Shown in pieces: positions 44,755 to 53,447 of a stretch of DNA of 64,000 bases. The notes beneath the pieces are model-generated. The model made no database searches, was not told where the DNA came from, and was given only the letters and a program-made list of their open reading frames with translations. The position numbers and the translations under genes are program-made. The stretch comes from a virus, in IMG/VR virus record IMGVR_UViG_3300025288_000012, positions 96,001 through 160,000 of that record; one strand, written 5' to 3'. Numbering within the stretch: the stretch's first letter is position 1; every line of letters starts with the position of its first letter.

Positions 44755-45162
44755 ATGAACAACGTATCCCGTGATCTTTTTCTTCTTTCTGCACTCGCTT
44801 TTCAGCAAGGTGATTACTCCAAGGCGGGTGAGCTGTTCTCCTCAAGCCTAAGTTCCGATGATGCCGCCGACTTCTTGGCGCAAGTTGATTCGATGGGTGA
44901 GGAAGACACTATGATGGAAGCAAACTCCTCCGATAAGAACAAGCTAAGCGACATAGCGAAGGCTATCAGTCGGGCAATTGGCTCTCATGCTAGTACTTCA
45001 GCCGATGAAGCCGTTGACGACGCGGAAGAATCTGGTGACGAAGAAGACCTGGACGAGGACTCTGATATTGAATCCGACGACGTGGACAGTGATGCTGCAG
45101 GTGAGCGCATTATCCCTAGCGCGCTGAGTTCAGTCAGCAGTGCAATCAAGGTAAAAGCGTAA
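44755..45162 (+). CDS. acidic structural/assembly protein
   Basis: AGGAG RBS, D/E-rich, contains several SLS/STS/ALS tracts. Confidence 0.7.
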   Translation: MNNVSRDLFLLSALAFQQGDYSKAGELFSSSLSSDDAADFLAQVDSMGEEDTMMEANSSDKNKLSDIAKAISRAIGSHASTSADEAVDDAEESGDEEDLDEDSDIESDDVDSDAAGERIIPSALSSVSSAIKVKA

Positions 45163-45163
45163 A

Positions 45164-45829
45164 ATGTCTAAGCCTGCAACTATTCTTGACGAACTTAACG
45201 AAAGTAGTTTGTTCTTGGCTAGCCTGTATGGTGTAAGGACATTGTTCGAGCGAGAGCTAGGCATAAAGAACATGCTTATTGCCACGGACGAAATGATAAA
45301 GGCACGTATCGCCCAAAGGGTTAAGCAGAATCAGTTACCTGAATACCCTTATGCCTATCTAATACTCAACGAAGTACAGTCTGTCAAAGAGATGCAACCC
45401 AACAAGGTAGTCCGACGTTTAGGATACCGCATGGGAACAGAAGGTGCCACTAGAGCTACCTCAACCAAGGGTTACATCTTTCCGGTAAAAGCAGGTGTCG
45501 AACTGAAGTACACTGATGCCGATCCTTATAAGGTGATCAGAGTTGCCGAGGCAATGATGATTCTGGGTCAAGTAGATGGATTGAACTTTGACCTTCGGGT
45601 AGGTGACGACGACGCCATGAGGTTGTCAATTAGACTGGAAATACCTGAGAGCGTTGCTATACCAATGGCTGATACTAATCTACCAAGCGCCCCAGCTGCC
45701 TTAGAAGTATCCTTGTCATTTGTTATGTATGGCTACGCAGGGTTCTTCCGTGAGGTGTCAGCCGTTAGCTCGAATTCTCCATTAGTTGCTACTACCTTTA
45801 TAAACCAAGGTCTAACCGATGACAACTAA
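45164..45829 (+). CDS. hypothetical virion protein (neck/tail completion by position)
   Basis: 221-aa ORF between capsid and sheath genes. Confidence 0.6.
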   Translation: MSKPATILDELNESSLFLASLYGVRTLFERELGIKNMLIATDEMIKARIAQRVKQNQLPEYPYAYLILNEVQSVKEMQPNKVVRRLGYRMGTEGATRATSTKGYIFPVKAGVELKYTDADPYKVIRVAEAMMILGQVDGLNFDLRVGDDDAMRLSIRLEIPESVAIPMADTNLPSAPAALEVSLSFVMYGYAGFFREVSAVSSNSPLVATTFINQGLTDDN

Positions 45830-46175
45830 AGCCCTACCGCTGGATAAGACGCTAGTTACTGAGTTCAAATCTGAGATAGCCGACATTCATCTTCGTCAGC
45901 GCCAACTGAAGAACTCGATAGCTGCAAAGATACCACAGTCTTCGAACTTCAGGACCGGTGACTTCAGCCTAATAACGTCACAGCAGCTTGAACTCAACAC
46001 TGTCACAACTGCTATTCAAATTCATGGTTATGAACCATTCATGGTAGACCTAGTGAACGGGTTGACCTACACATCTTTTGTGTGCAATGGATTGTTCATA
46101 GCATTTGCTGCCTTCGACAGGGTCGTCGTTAGGAAGCATTTGCTAGATACAAGAATAACTTACCTTTGCGCTTAA
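45819..46175 (+). CDS. hypothetical protein
   Basis: 118-aa ORF overlapping the upstream stop. Confidence 0.65.
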   Translation: MTTKALPLDKTLVTEFKSEIADIHLRQRQLKNSIAAKIPQSSNFRTGDFSLITSQQLELNTVTTAIQIHGYEPFMVDLVNGLTYTSFVCNGLFIAFAAFDRVVVRKHLLDTRITYLCA

Positions 46176-46205
46176 GCATTTAACGATTTCCTAAAGGAGC
46201 TCATA

Positions 46206-47765
46206 ATGGGAATGCCTTCACCATCAGCTGGTGTGTACGTCAACGAGATAGACTTATCCCAAGTAGTATCTGGTGCCTCTTCCTCTATTGGTGCCATCGT
46301 GGGAGAGTCGAAACGTGGTCCAGTAGACGTAGCCTACCTGGTTACAAGCACGAAACAGTTCCTCGAGTTGTTCGGCAAGCCAGACGCCCGAGTTAGCTAT
46401 ATGCACTATTGTGCCTTGGCATTCCTGGAACATGGCTCACGTCTGTACGTGACTCGTGTGGCTCCAGAAGCTATGTACGGTGGTTGCACGATCTTCCTCA
46501 ATGCCAATCTGAACGCAGCTGAGCCTTGGGCTGCTGGTGAGTCTGATCCGTTGCTGAAGCCATTTGCTCCTTCAGACCTTATGCACTTCTACGGTGCTGA
46601 CCCGGGTGGCTGGAACAAAAACGTTGAGGTGCGTGTTTACCCCAACACCAACGAGAACGATGGTACGTTCTTTGTGGACGTGTACCTAGCTACTCAGGGC
46701 CAGCCTGTAGAGCGCTTCAAAGTTCACCTTAACTTCCTGCTTGATGGGTACGGTGTCCAGCTGAACGTGCAAGAGCACATCAACAAGAGAAGTGCTCACA
46801 TTCGGGTAGCTCAGAACTACGATCAAGCTGATTACTTTGCTAGCCCCAACAGGCAATTCATCAACACCGTAGCATCTGTTAAGCTTACAGGCGGGCTTGA
46901 TCCCCGTAAGGCTACCACTAGTGAAATCATGCAAGCCTGGGACTTGTACCAAGACCCAGAACAATTGGACATAAACATCCTCATAAACGGTGGCTACACC
47001 ATTCCGGCTATTCAGTTGAAGATGGCAGAATTGTGTGAGTCCCGTATGGACTGCCTCGCAGTTCTCGATGTTCCTTCAATGGAGCAATCACTTCAGGATG
47101 CAGTCAACTATCGGCGTAACACACTGATGCTTGACTCCTCATATGCCGCTCTTTATGCACCTGATTACCTAGTCCTCGATCAGTACAACGACATAAAGTT
47201 GTACGTTCCTCCCAGTGGTCATGTGGCAGGTGCCTACGCCCGCACTGACAGCGAGTACGAGCTGTGGTTTGCTCCTGCTGGTATGAACCGTGGTCGTCTG
47301 AACATCCTTGGATTGCGCCACGTGTACAACCAAGGTGATCGTGATGCTCTGTACGACAACCAGGTTAACGGTACTCGTGTAATTGTCGGTGCAGGCATCA
47401 AGATTTGGGGTGCTGACACACTTCAATCAATGGCAAGTGCTTTGTCCAATGTATCGGTACGTCGCCTAATGATCTTCCTTGAGAAGAGCCTTAGCGAGGC
47501 AGCACTGTACTCTGTGTTTGACCCCAACGACTACATACTGCGTGCCCAGCTTGTGGAGCTCAGCGAACGGTTCCTGCTGCCTATAAAGAACGCACGTGGT
47601 CTGTACGCCTTCGGTGTAGTGTGCGATGAATCGAACAACTTGCCTTCCACCATAGCCGCTGGTGATCTTATCCTGGACGTGTACGTGGATCCTGTTCTTC
47701 CAGCCAAGCGTATCCACTTAACTGCCATCATCAACAAGACTGGCGCTAAGTTTGTTAACCAGTAA
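46206..47765 (+). CDS. tail sheath protein
   Basis: SAGVYVNEID, GESKRGPV...FLELFG, VPPSGHVAGAYARTD, WFAPAG, VSVRRL and FDPND. Confidence 0.92.
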   Translation: MGMPSPSAGVYVNEIDLSQVVSGASSSIGAIVGESKRGPVDVAYLVTSTKQFLELFGKPDARVSYMHYCALAFLEHGSRLYVTRVAPEAMYGGCTIFLNANLNAAEPWAAGESDPLLKPFAPSDLMHFYGADPGGWNKNVEVRVYPNTNENDGTFFVDVYLATQGQPVERFKVHLNFLLDGYGVQLNVQEHINKRSAHIRVAQNYDQADYFASPNRQFINTVASVKLTGGLDPRKATTSEIMQAWDLYQDPEQLDINILINGGYTIPAIQLKMAELCESRMDCLAVLDVPSMEQSLQDAVNYRRNTLMLDSSYAALYAPDYLVLDQYNDIKLYVPPSGHVAGAYARTDSEYELWFAPAGMNRGRLNILGLRHVYNQGDRDALYDNQVNGTRVIVGAGIKIWGADTLQSMASALSNVSVRRLMIFLEKSLSEAALYSVFDPNDYILRAQLVELSERFLLPIKNARGLYAFGVVCDESNNLPSTIAAGDLILDVYVDPVLPAKRIHLTAIINKTGAKFVNQ

Positions 47766-47774
47766 GGACTAGTC

Positions 47775-48185
47775 ATGGAAATATCAATCAGCAAGACACG
47801 CGTGCAGAAGGCCCGAGAAGTTCTAAGGGCTGAAGAACGTCGCAAAGCCTCAGAGGCAAAGGCTTCTGTTCGTGAAAAAGTAAAGCTTCTCAAGGAAAAG
47901 AAGAAGGACTTGCTCAAGTCCATGTCTGAAATAAACAAAGCTCAGTTCAAGCAGCAGTCTGCCCTTTCGGAGAAGTTGGCGAAAGTAACCCAGACTCGTA
48001 TGGAGTTTGAGACTGAGGAGCAGAAGATGCAGGAGCAGCTAGAGAAGCTTGCTACCAAACACGCATCGGACTCAAAGAAGATGAAGCTTAAGGCTCGTCT
48101 TGATGATCTGAACTCAAAGCTGGCAGACCTTGGTGTTACTACCGATGTGCCTAAAGACGATTCAACTACTGAAGATAAGGAGTAA
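47775..48185 (+). CDS. highly charged coiled-coil protein (MEISISK...)
   Basis: K/E-rich helical ORF between the sheath and tube genes, with TAAGGA RBS. Confidence 0.7.
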   Translation: MEISISKTRVQKAREVLRAEERRKASEAKASVREKVKLLKEKKKDLLKSMSEINKAQFKQQSALSEKLAKVTQTRMEFETEEQKMQEQLEKLATKHASDSKKMKLKARLDDLNSKLADLGVTTDVPKDDSTTEDKE

Positions 48186-48188
48186 CAC

Positions 48189-48704
48189 ATGGCCAAGCCT
48201 ACCCTAGGGCAAGTTGCAGCATCAATCCTCGACCCGATGCTGTCTGATAACTTCCAGATGAACTTTGCCAGCGTTCCTACTGGTGCAAACTCCCAACCGT
48301 TGCTCATGCAGTGTCGTACTGCTAGCAAGCCCGGTTGGACCCTGACCGCCTTGCAGGTACAGTTGTTCGGCCATACACTGAACCACTCCGGCAACCTGAC
48401 GTATGGTGGTGACCTCACGTTGGAGTATGTTGAGAACCGTAGTGCACAGATCTCGAAGATCCTTGAAGACTGGGGTAAACTGATTCGTGATCCGCAGACC
48501 CAGACCGGCGCGTACAAGTCTGAGTACCAGCGCGATGGTGAACTGACGATCTTCGACCAGAAGGGCAACACAGTTCGTTCCTACATCATTCATGGATGTT
48601 GGCCTTCTGCGCTGCCTGATCTGTCCTTCGATGGTCAGTCATCTGCAATCATCGCCCTGAGTACGACTTTCAAATACGACTGGTGGGAAGTACGCGGTGG
48701 CTAA
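48189..48704 (+). CDS. tail tube protein (T4 gp19-like)
   Basis: 171 aa after the sheath gene. Contains LTLEYVE, W...I.D, YIIHGCWPSAL.DLSFD and TFKYDWW. Confidence 0.85.
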   Translation: MAKPTLGQVAASILDPMLSDNFQMNFASVPTGANSQPLLMQCRTASKPGWTLTALQVQLFGHTLNHSGNLTYGGDLTLEYVENRSAQISKILEDWGKLIRDPQTQTGAYKSEYQRDGELTIFDQKGNTVRSYIIHGCWPSALPDLSFDGQSSAIIALSTTFKYDWWEVRGG

Positions 48705-49215
48705 TCCCGCACTAACTGATATTGCAAAGCTTCAAGCTCTCCGCGACCCATTACTTTCGTTCAAATGGGTCGCGGAGTCCTTACCCACGATCAGTGGTAT
48801 TCACCTTGAGCCAAGCTTCCTTGAAAGTATAGATCTTCCTTTCAACAATATCTCTATTGCTGATAGCTGGCATGGTGGGTCTGGCTTTACATACTACCCT
48901 GGCACCCATGATATTTCAAGTTTCAGCTGCACGTTCTACGAGGATAACCATGCAACTACCACCAAGTGGCTGATTGCCTGGAAAGCCTTGGTTAAGGACA
49001 TGGACACGGGCTTCTACAACCTGCCCAGTGTGTTCAAGAAGAACATCAATGTAATTATGCTGGACTCGAAGAACAACTCCGTCCTTAAGGCAGAAATGAC
49101 TGGACTGTGGCCTGCTGAAACAGGCAACTTTGCCCTCAACTACAGTGATTCTGGTCGAATAATCATCACCCAGACCTTCAGTTGTGACGGTCAAGTGTTA
49201 ACTCCGTTAATGTAA
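48697..49215 (+). CDS. second tube-like protein (gp54/gp48-like tube initiator)
   Basis: Same fold pattern: FSCTFYED, W..L, GLWPAE and FS.D. Confidence 0.7.
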   Translation: MANPALTDIAKLQALRDPLLSFKWVAESLPTISGIHLEPSFLESIDLPFNNISIADSWHGGSGFTYYPGTHDISSFSCTFYEDNHATTTKWLIAWKALVKDMDTGFYNLPSVFKKNINVIMLDSKNNSVLKAEMTGLWPAETGNFALNYSDSGRIIITQTFSCDGQVLTPLM

Positions 49216-49235
49216 ACGAATTTTTTAATGAGGAG

Positions 49236-50027
49236 TTGCTGATGAACTACGATACCGAAGGAATGGCAAAGATACTTCGTGACCCTGATTGGAGCGACAT
49301 TGGAAATTTGCCTTCCAATTTCTTCCCGTACTCGTTCAAAGAACTGTATATCAGGCCGTTGACTGTGCAAGAACTTCGACTCTTCTCGAAGGCTGCCGCT
49401 CTTAATGACATGTCCCATGTAGTTAAGGCAGTTGACTTATGCCTCTCTACTGAGGCTTCAAAAATCTCAATCGGTGACTTCTACTACGTCCTTATGTGGC
49501 TGAAGATTCACAGCACTCCCAAGACTCCTTACGTTGTTGAATGGCATTGCACTGAGAAAGTGTACCGGAACAAAGAGACCGGTGCACTAATCTTCAACGA
49601 CGCTACTTTCAAGGTTCCTGAGGAACTTGATAAATACGAGCTTGTGGATTGTGGATGCCACAATAGCGAACTCGTGCACTTGACGGACATAGAAATCGTG
49701 CAGCTGCCTGAAGAGAACTGGGAAGGTTTGCCCGAAGGTTTTGACTTCCCACGTGCTTCGATCCTACAGGAAGTGCGAGAAGCCCTTAAGGATCCAGAGC
49801 TTACATACATAGCTGGGCCAGCGCAGTGGATAGCTCACGGTGATACACTTGCCGAGAAGATCAAGTTCCTTGAGACTCAGAAAAATCTCGACATGTTTGA
49901 CACTGCTGGCAGCCTTAACGAGTTGCTGACTCATGGCATCAAGGAGACTACGACTCTCCACTGTCGAAATTGTCGAGTTACGTATCCTTTCGATATTCAA
50001 CTAGAGCCTTACAATTTTTTCCGATAA
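49236..50027 (+). CDS. tail/baseplate hub assembly chaperone (gp26-like)
   Basis: LYIRPLTVQE, D..YVLMWLKIHS and C-terminal CRNC. Directly upstream of the tape-measure-like gene. ATG 49242 is an alternative start. Confidence 0.65.
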   Translation: MLMNYDTEGMAKILRDPDWSDIGNLPSNFFPYSFKELYIRPLTVQELRLFSKAAALNDMSHVVKAVDLCLSTEASKISIGDFYYVLMWLKIHSTPKTPYVVEWHCTEKVYRNKETGALIFNDATFKVPEELDKYELVDCGCHNSELVHLTDIEIVQLPEENWEGLPEGFDFPRASILQEVREALKDPELTYIAGPAQWIAHGDTLAEKIKFLETQKNLDMFDTAGSLNELLTHGIKETTTLHCRNCRVTYPFDIQLEPYNFFR

Positions 50028-50167
50028 TTCCGGAGCAAGAGTTACTTGACATGCAGTATGAACTGGCTAGGCATAGGAACATACCGCCAGACATGAACAT
50101 GCCAAGTAAAAGTCTGCTGTACTTTTACTCGAAGTACAAAAGAGATCGTGAAGAACAATCTCCCTAG
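50015..50167 (+). CDS. -1 frameshift extension of the chaperone (G/GT-type)
   Basis: Slippery T TTT TTC at 50015-50021 lies one codon before the stop. The -1 frame is open to 50167 (PIIPEQELLDMQYELARH...). Confidence 0.6.
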   Translation, partial: FFPIIPEQELLDMQYELARHRNIPPDMNMPSKSLLYFYSKYKRDREEQSP

Positions 50168-50217
50168 TACTTAAAAGTTCGTACCTTAGGTATCCCGGAA
50201 AAACCACTGGAGTTAGT

Positions 50218-52380
50218 ATGAGTCTTCTAGAACGTTTGCAGAAACGAAAAGACGAGCTAAAGTCTCTGAGGGACAACTCTCCAGATCGCTACGCCTCTCG
50301 CATAACCGACGCATTCAAATCAACCTTGGGTGCATTCGGTTCTGCCAAAGCAAGGCCCGAAAGAACTGACAACTCTAGCCAAAAGTTAGTAAACGAGTTG
50401 TCGCAGCAAGGTTCACAGAACGAACAGAACCAGCGAGTGAATCAGTTTCGCTCGCAACAGCAGCTAGCTCAAGGTAAGGCACAACTTGGTGCCACTACCA
50501 ACCTTGACGAGTCTACCCGACTAGGAACGACTAAGATTACTGGTGCCCTCGGTGCCGTAATTATGGAGCTACGTAAGTGTTTCAAAGCCCTAGCTGAAAG
50601 CCAAGGTGGTTCGCCCTTAGATAGGTTTAACCCCTTCGACCGTAATCGGCGCAACAACGGCCCGATAGGTCCAAACCCCCCACGCAACAACGTATTAGGC
50701 AACGTAAAGACAGTTGCAGCTGTTGCTGCGGGTGGATACGCAGCGTATCAGGGCTACAGTAACGCATCCACACTGTTCGACAGCAAAACTCCTACAGCAG
50801 ATAAGGTAACAGCAGGTGCACATCTACTCACCGCAGGAGCAGGTGCTGCCATTGGTGGAGTCCTAGGTGGTCCACAAGGTGTCGCATTTGGAGCTGCTGC
50901 AGGGGAAGCTCTTGCTACCGCTGGAGATGCTGTAGGTAAGTCTATTGCAGGGTCAGTTGTAGGTGACAACCTAGGTCGTGGAATAGCACTGGTAATGAGT
51001 CCCTTCAGTGAGGACGCACGGAGAAGTCTTGTTCTTGATTATCAGAATACTATCCTTCCGGCTATGTCCAATACCTTCGGCCCTGTTATAGGTGCCATTA
51101 CAAGTTTCGGCAACTCTGTTAAGAGTACGCTTAGTGACTTCTGGAAAGGTACGAAAGATACAGCTGATAACTTGACTGAAGCAGGCTCACAGCTAAAAGA
51201 AGGCGTAAGATCCGCAGCCGGTACTGTGTGGGGTGGTGTTAAAGCGGCAGCTTCAAAAGTTGCACAAGGTGATGTTTCAGGTGCAGTCAGCACGTTGAAG
51301 ACTGCTTCGACCAAAGGCTATACTGAGGTACTAGGTGCTGCCAAGGTATCAGCGGGTCTTGCCCGAGGCAGGTACAATGCTGAAGAGACTGCGTCCATAC
51401 AGTCGTTGTCTGACAAAGGTGAAAAATTCAGAGGCGGTAAAGGCCTTACGTCAGACACAAAGAACATGATAACTGAGGTTGCCCGCAACAGCGGAGTTGA
51501 CCCACGTTCAATGTTGACAATGGCTCAGATCGAGTCCGCTGGTAACGCCAACGCTGTGTCTGCAACAGGTGCAGCTGGACTGTATCAGTTCACTGGAGGT
51601 ACCGCACGCCAGTACGGCATAAAGAATAGGTTCGATCCTAAAGAGAACACTGAAGCCGCAGCACGCTTAATGAAGGACAACGCCGATGCCTTGAAGAAAC
51701 GGGGCATCGAAGCCACTACTGAGAACTTGTATCTTGCCCATCAACAAGGTGTAGGTGGAGCAGCTGAGATAATCAATGCTGCTTCAGGCAAGGGTCAGCT
51801 TAGTGCTAAGACTGCCGAGAACATGCGTCTTAACTTCGGCAACATGACACCGCAGCAGTACCTTGACCTTAACAAGAAGAAAGTTGCTTCTGCTGCAAAC
51901 GTAGTTGACACAACCACCTACGCTAGTGCGTACAACGAGCGTACACCTTCCACTGCAACACCTTCCACGTTAGGTGTTTCCAAGAGGGACACAACTACTG
52001 GTAAAGTTACGGTGGCACTTACACCCGATACTGCTAGGGGTGAGCAAAAAGGTAGTGTGATCTCACCTAAAGCTACTACTGCTACCTCAGAGCCTGCATC
52101 TAGTCCTATTGTGTCTACGCGCACTCCAATGGGATCGACAGTCGCTCCGGCTAGAGTTGCAACTGCTTCCGTTGCACCAGTTCAGAAAGTGTCTAAGTCT
52201 ACTCCCGCAGAGCTAACACCTGTGAAGGTAATTAATCAGACTGAGCCTGCACCAGAGAAACGCGCTGGTGCAACAACTGTCGTTAAATCAAGTCAACCAA
52301 CTAGCGTACCTGGGTTGGACGAGATACCACCGTTCTTCCCTGATCTTGCTTTAGCTTCAATAATGATGGGACGTGTGTAA
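50218..52380 (+). CDS. tape-measure-like tail protein with lytic transglycosylase (SLT) domain
   Basis: Ala/Gly-rich helical region, then AQIESAGNANAVSATGAAGLYQF and RFDPKENTEAAARL, then a Thr/Pro/Ser-rich tail. Confidence 0.8.
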   Translation: MSLLERLQKRKDELKSLRDNSPDRYASRITDAFKSTLGAFGSAKARPERTDNSSQKLVNELSQQGSQNEQNQRVNQFRSQQQLAQGKAQLGATTNLDESTRLGTTKITGALGAVIMELRKCFKALAESQGGSPLDRFNPFDRNRRNNGPIGPNPPRNNVLGNVKTVAAVAAGGYAAYQGYSNASTLFDSKTPTADKVTAGAHLLTAGAGAAIGGVLGGPQGVAFGAAAGEALATAGDAVGKSIAGSVVGDNLGRGIALVMSPFSEDARRSLVLDYQNTILPAMSNTFGPVIGAITSFGNSVKSTLSDFWKGTKDTADNLTEAGSQLKEGVRSAAGTVWGGVKAAASKVAQGDVSGAVSTLKTASTKGYTEVLGAAKVSAGLARGRYNAEETASIQSLSDKGEKFRGGKGLTSDTKNMITEVARNSGVDPRSMLTMAQIESAGNANAVSATGAAGLYQFTGGTARQYGIKNRFDPKENTEAAARLMKDNADALKKRGIEATTENLYLAHQQGVGGAAEIINAASGKGQLSAKTAENMRLNFGNMTPQQYLDLNKKKVASAANVVDTTTYASAYNERTPSTATPSTLGVSKRDTTTGKVTVALTPDTARGEQKGSVISPKATTATSEPASSPIVSTRTPMGSTVAPARVATASVAPVQKVSKSTPAELTPVKVINQTEPAPEKRAGATTVVKSSQPTSVPGLDEIPPFFPDLALASIMMGRV

Positions 52381-53096
52381 TGGCTAGTCCACTATTTCTG
52401 AACGTTGGGACAGCTTCGCAGCCTACTCCTTCTAGTAAAACCTTGACTGGTGTAGTTCCACACTACCAGGTGAGCCTGGATGTACGAGGAGACGAGACTG
52501 TAGGTAGCTCTGGAAAGAAGATATTCCCTATTATCGCCAACTTGCCCGAACGTTTCAACATGGAGTTCTCGTCCCAGTGGGATGCACCCATAGCTAGAAC
52601 TAGTGCTGGTGACATAGCCTCGGCAGCTACAGGTGGAGCCGTAAGTGCTGCTACTATAAACGCTGGCCTTAGTGGTTCTGGTGTGGGCAAAGCTACCAGA
52701 GCACAGTCATTCCAGGTGTGGGAATCGTCTAGTTCGATGAAATTCAATATTGAGCTTGTGTTCAGGGCATTAACAAATTCACAGACTGATGTTCGTGAAA
52801 AGCACATAGCACTATTGAAGTTGACTGCACCATCTGAAGGACCGGGAGGGATATTGTTACCTCCTGGACCGAATATCAGAGAGCAAATAATCGACGGCCC
52901 TACATCCAGGATAATCACAATGTACTTGGGCCGCTACCTCAAGTTGGAGAACGTTATTATAGACTCTGTGTCCTCTGATATTGCCTGCCTGTTCGACAAA
53001 GATGGCATACCGCAGTCAATGACCATAAGCATAGGTGTGTCAAGCTTCTACACAAGTTTCACAACGACCGACATTGACCGAATGTTCACGGTGTAA
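52380..53096 (+). CDS. baseplate/tube initiator protein (gp48-like)
   Basis: Position after the TMP. Contains WESSSSMKFNIELVF and VIIDSVSSD. Confidence 0.55.
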   Translation: MASPLFLNVGTASQPTPSSKTLTGVVPHYQVSLDVRGDETVGSSGKKIFPIIANLPERFNMEFSSQWDAPIARTSAGDIASAATGGAVSAATINAGLSGSGVGKATRAQSFQVWESSSSMKFNIELVFRALTNSQTDVREKHIALLKLTAPSEGPGGILLPPGPNIREQIIDGPTSRIITMYLGRYLKLENVIIDSVSSDIACLFDKDGIPQSMTISIGVSSFYTSFTTTDIDRMFTV

Positions 53097-53098
53097 TC

Positions 53099-53446
53099 AT
53101 GACCCCAAACTTCAGCTCAAAATTCTACCGTGTCTTTAGCGTTACACCCGACGAGCATGGAATCGACCCTCTGCTCGACAAAATTGTACCGCACTTGAAG
53201 ACCCTCAGTAAGTACTCAGTTCATCCTGTAACGCAAGATGAACGAGGCGCGCCTGACTTGATCTCACTACGGGAATACGGCACTGACGAACTGTGGTGGA
53301 TGCTCATGGCCTACAATGGTATTGGCCACTACAAGAACATCGTCGAAGGTGTGATGCTCAAGATTCCGGACTACGCGGCACTAGTTGCAGTGAACAGCCA
53401 GAACACTATTCGTCCTGACCGAATCCAACGTGTTATAACCATCTGA
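53099..53446 (+). CDS. baseplate wedge protein (gp53-like, LysM-like)
   Basis: APDLISLREYGTDELWWMLMAYNGI and G..LKIP. Confidence 0.8.
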   Translation: MTPNFSSKFYRVFSVTPDEHGIDPLLDKIVPHLKTLSKYSVHPVTQDERGAPDLISLREYGTDELWWMLMAYNGIGHYKNIVEGVMLKIPDYAALVAVNSQNTIRPDRIQRVITI

Positions 53447-53447
53447 T

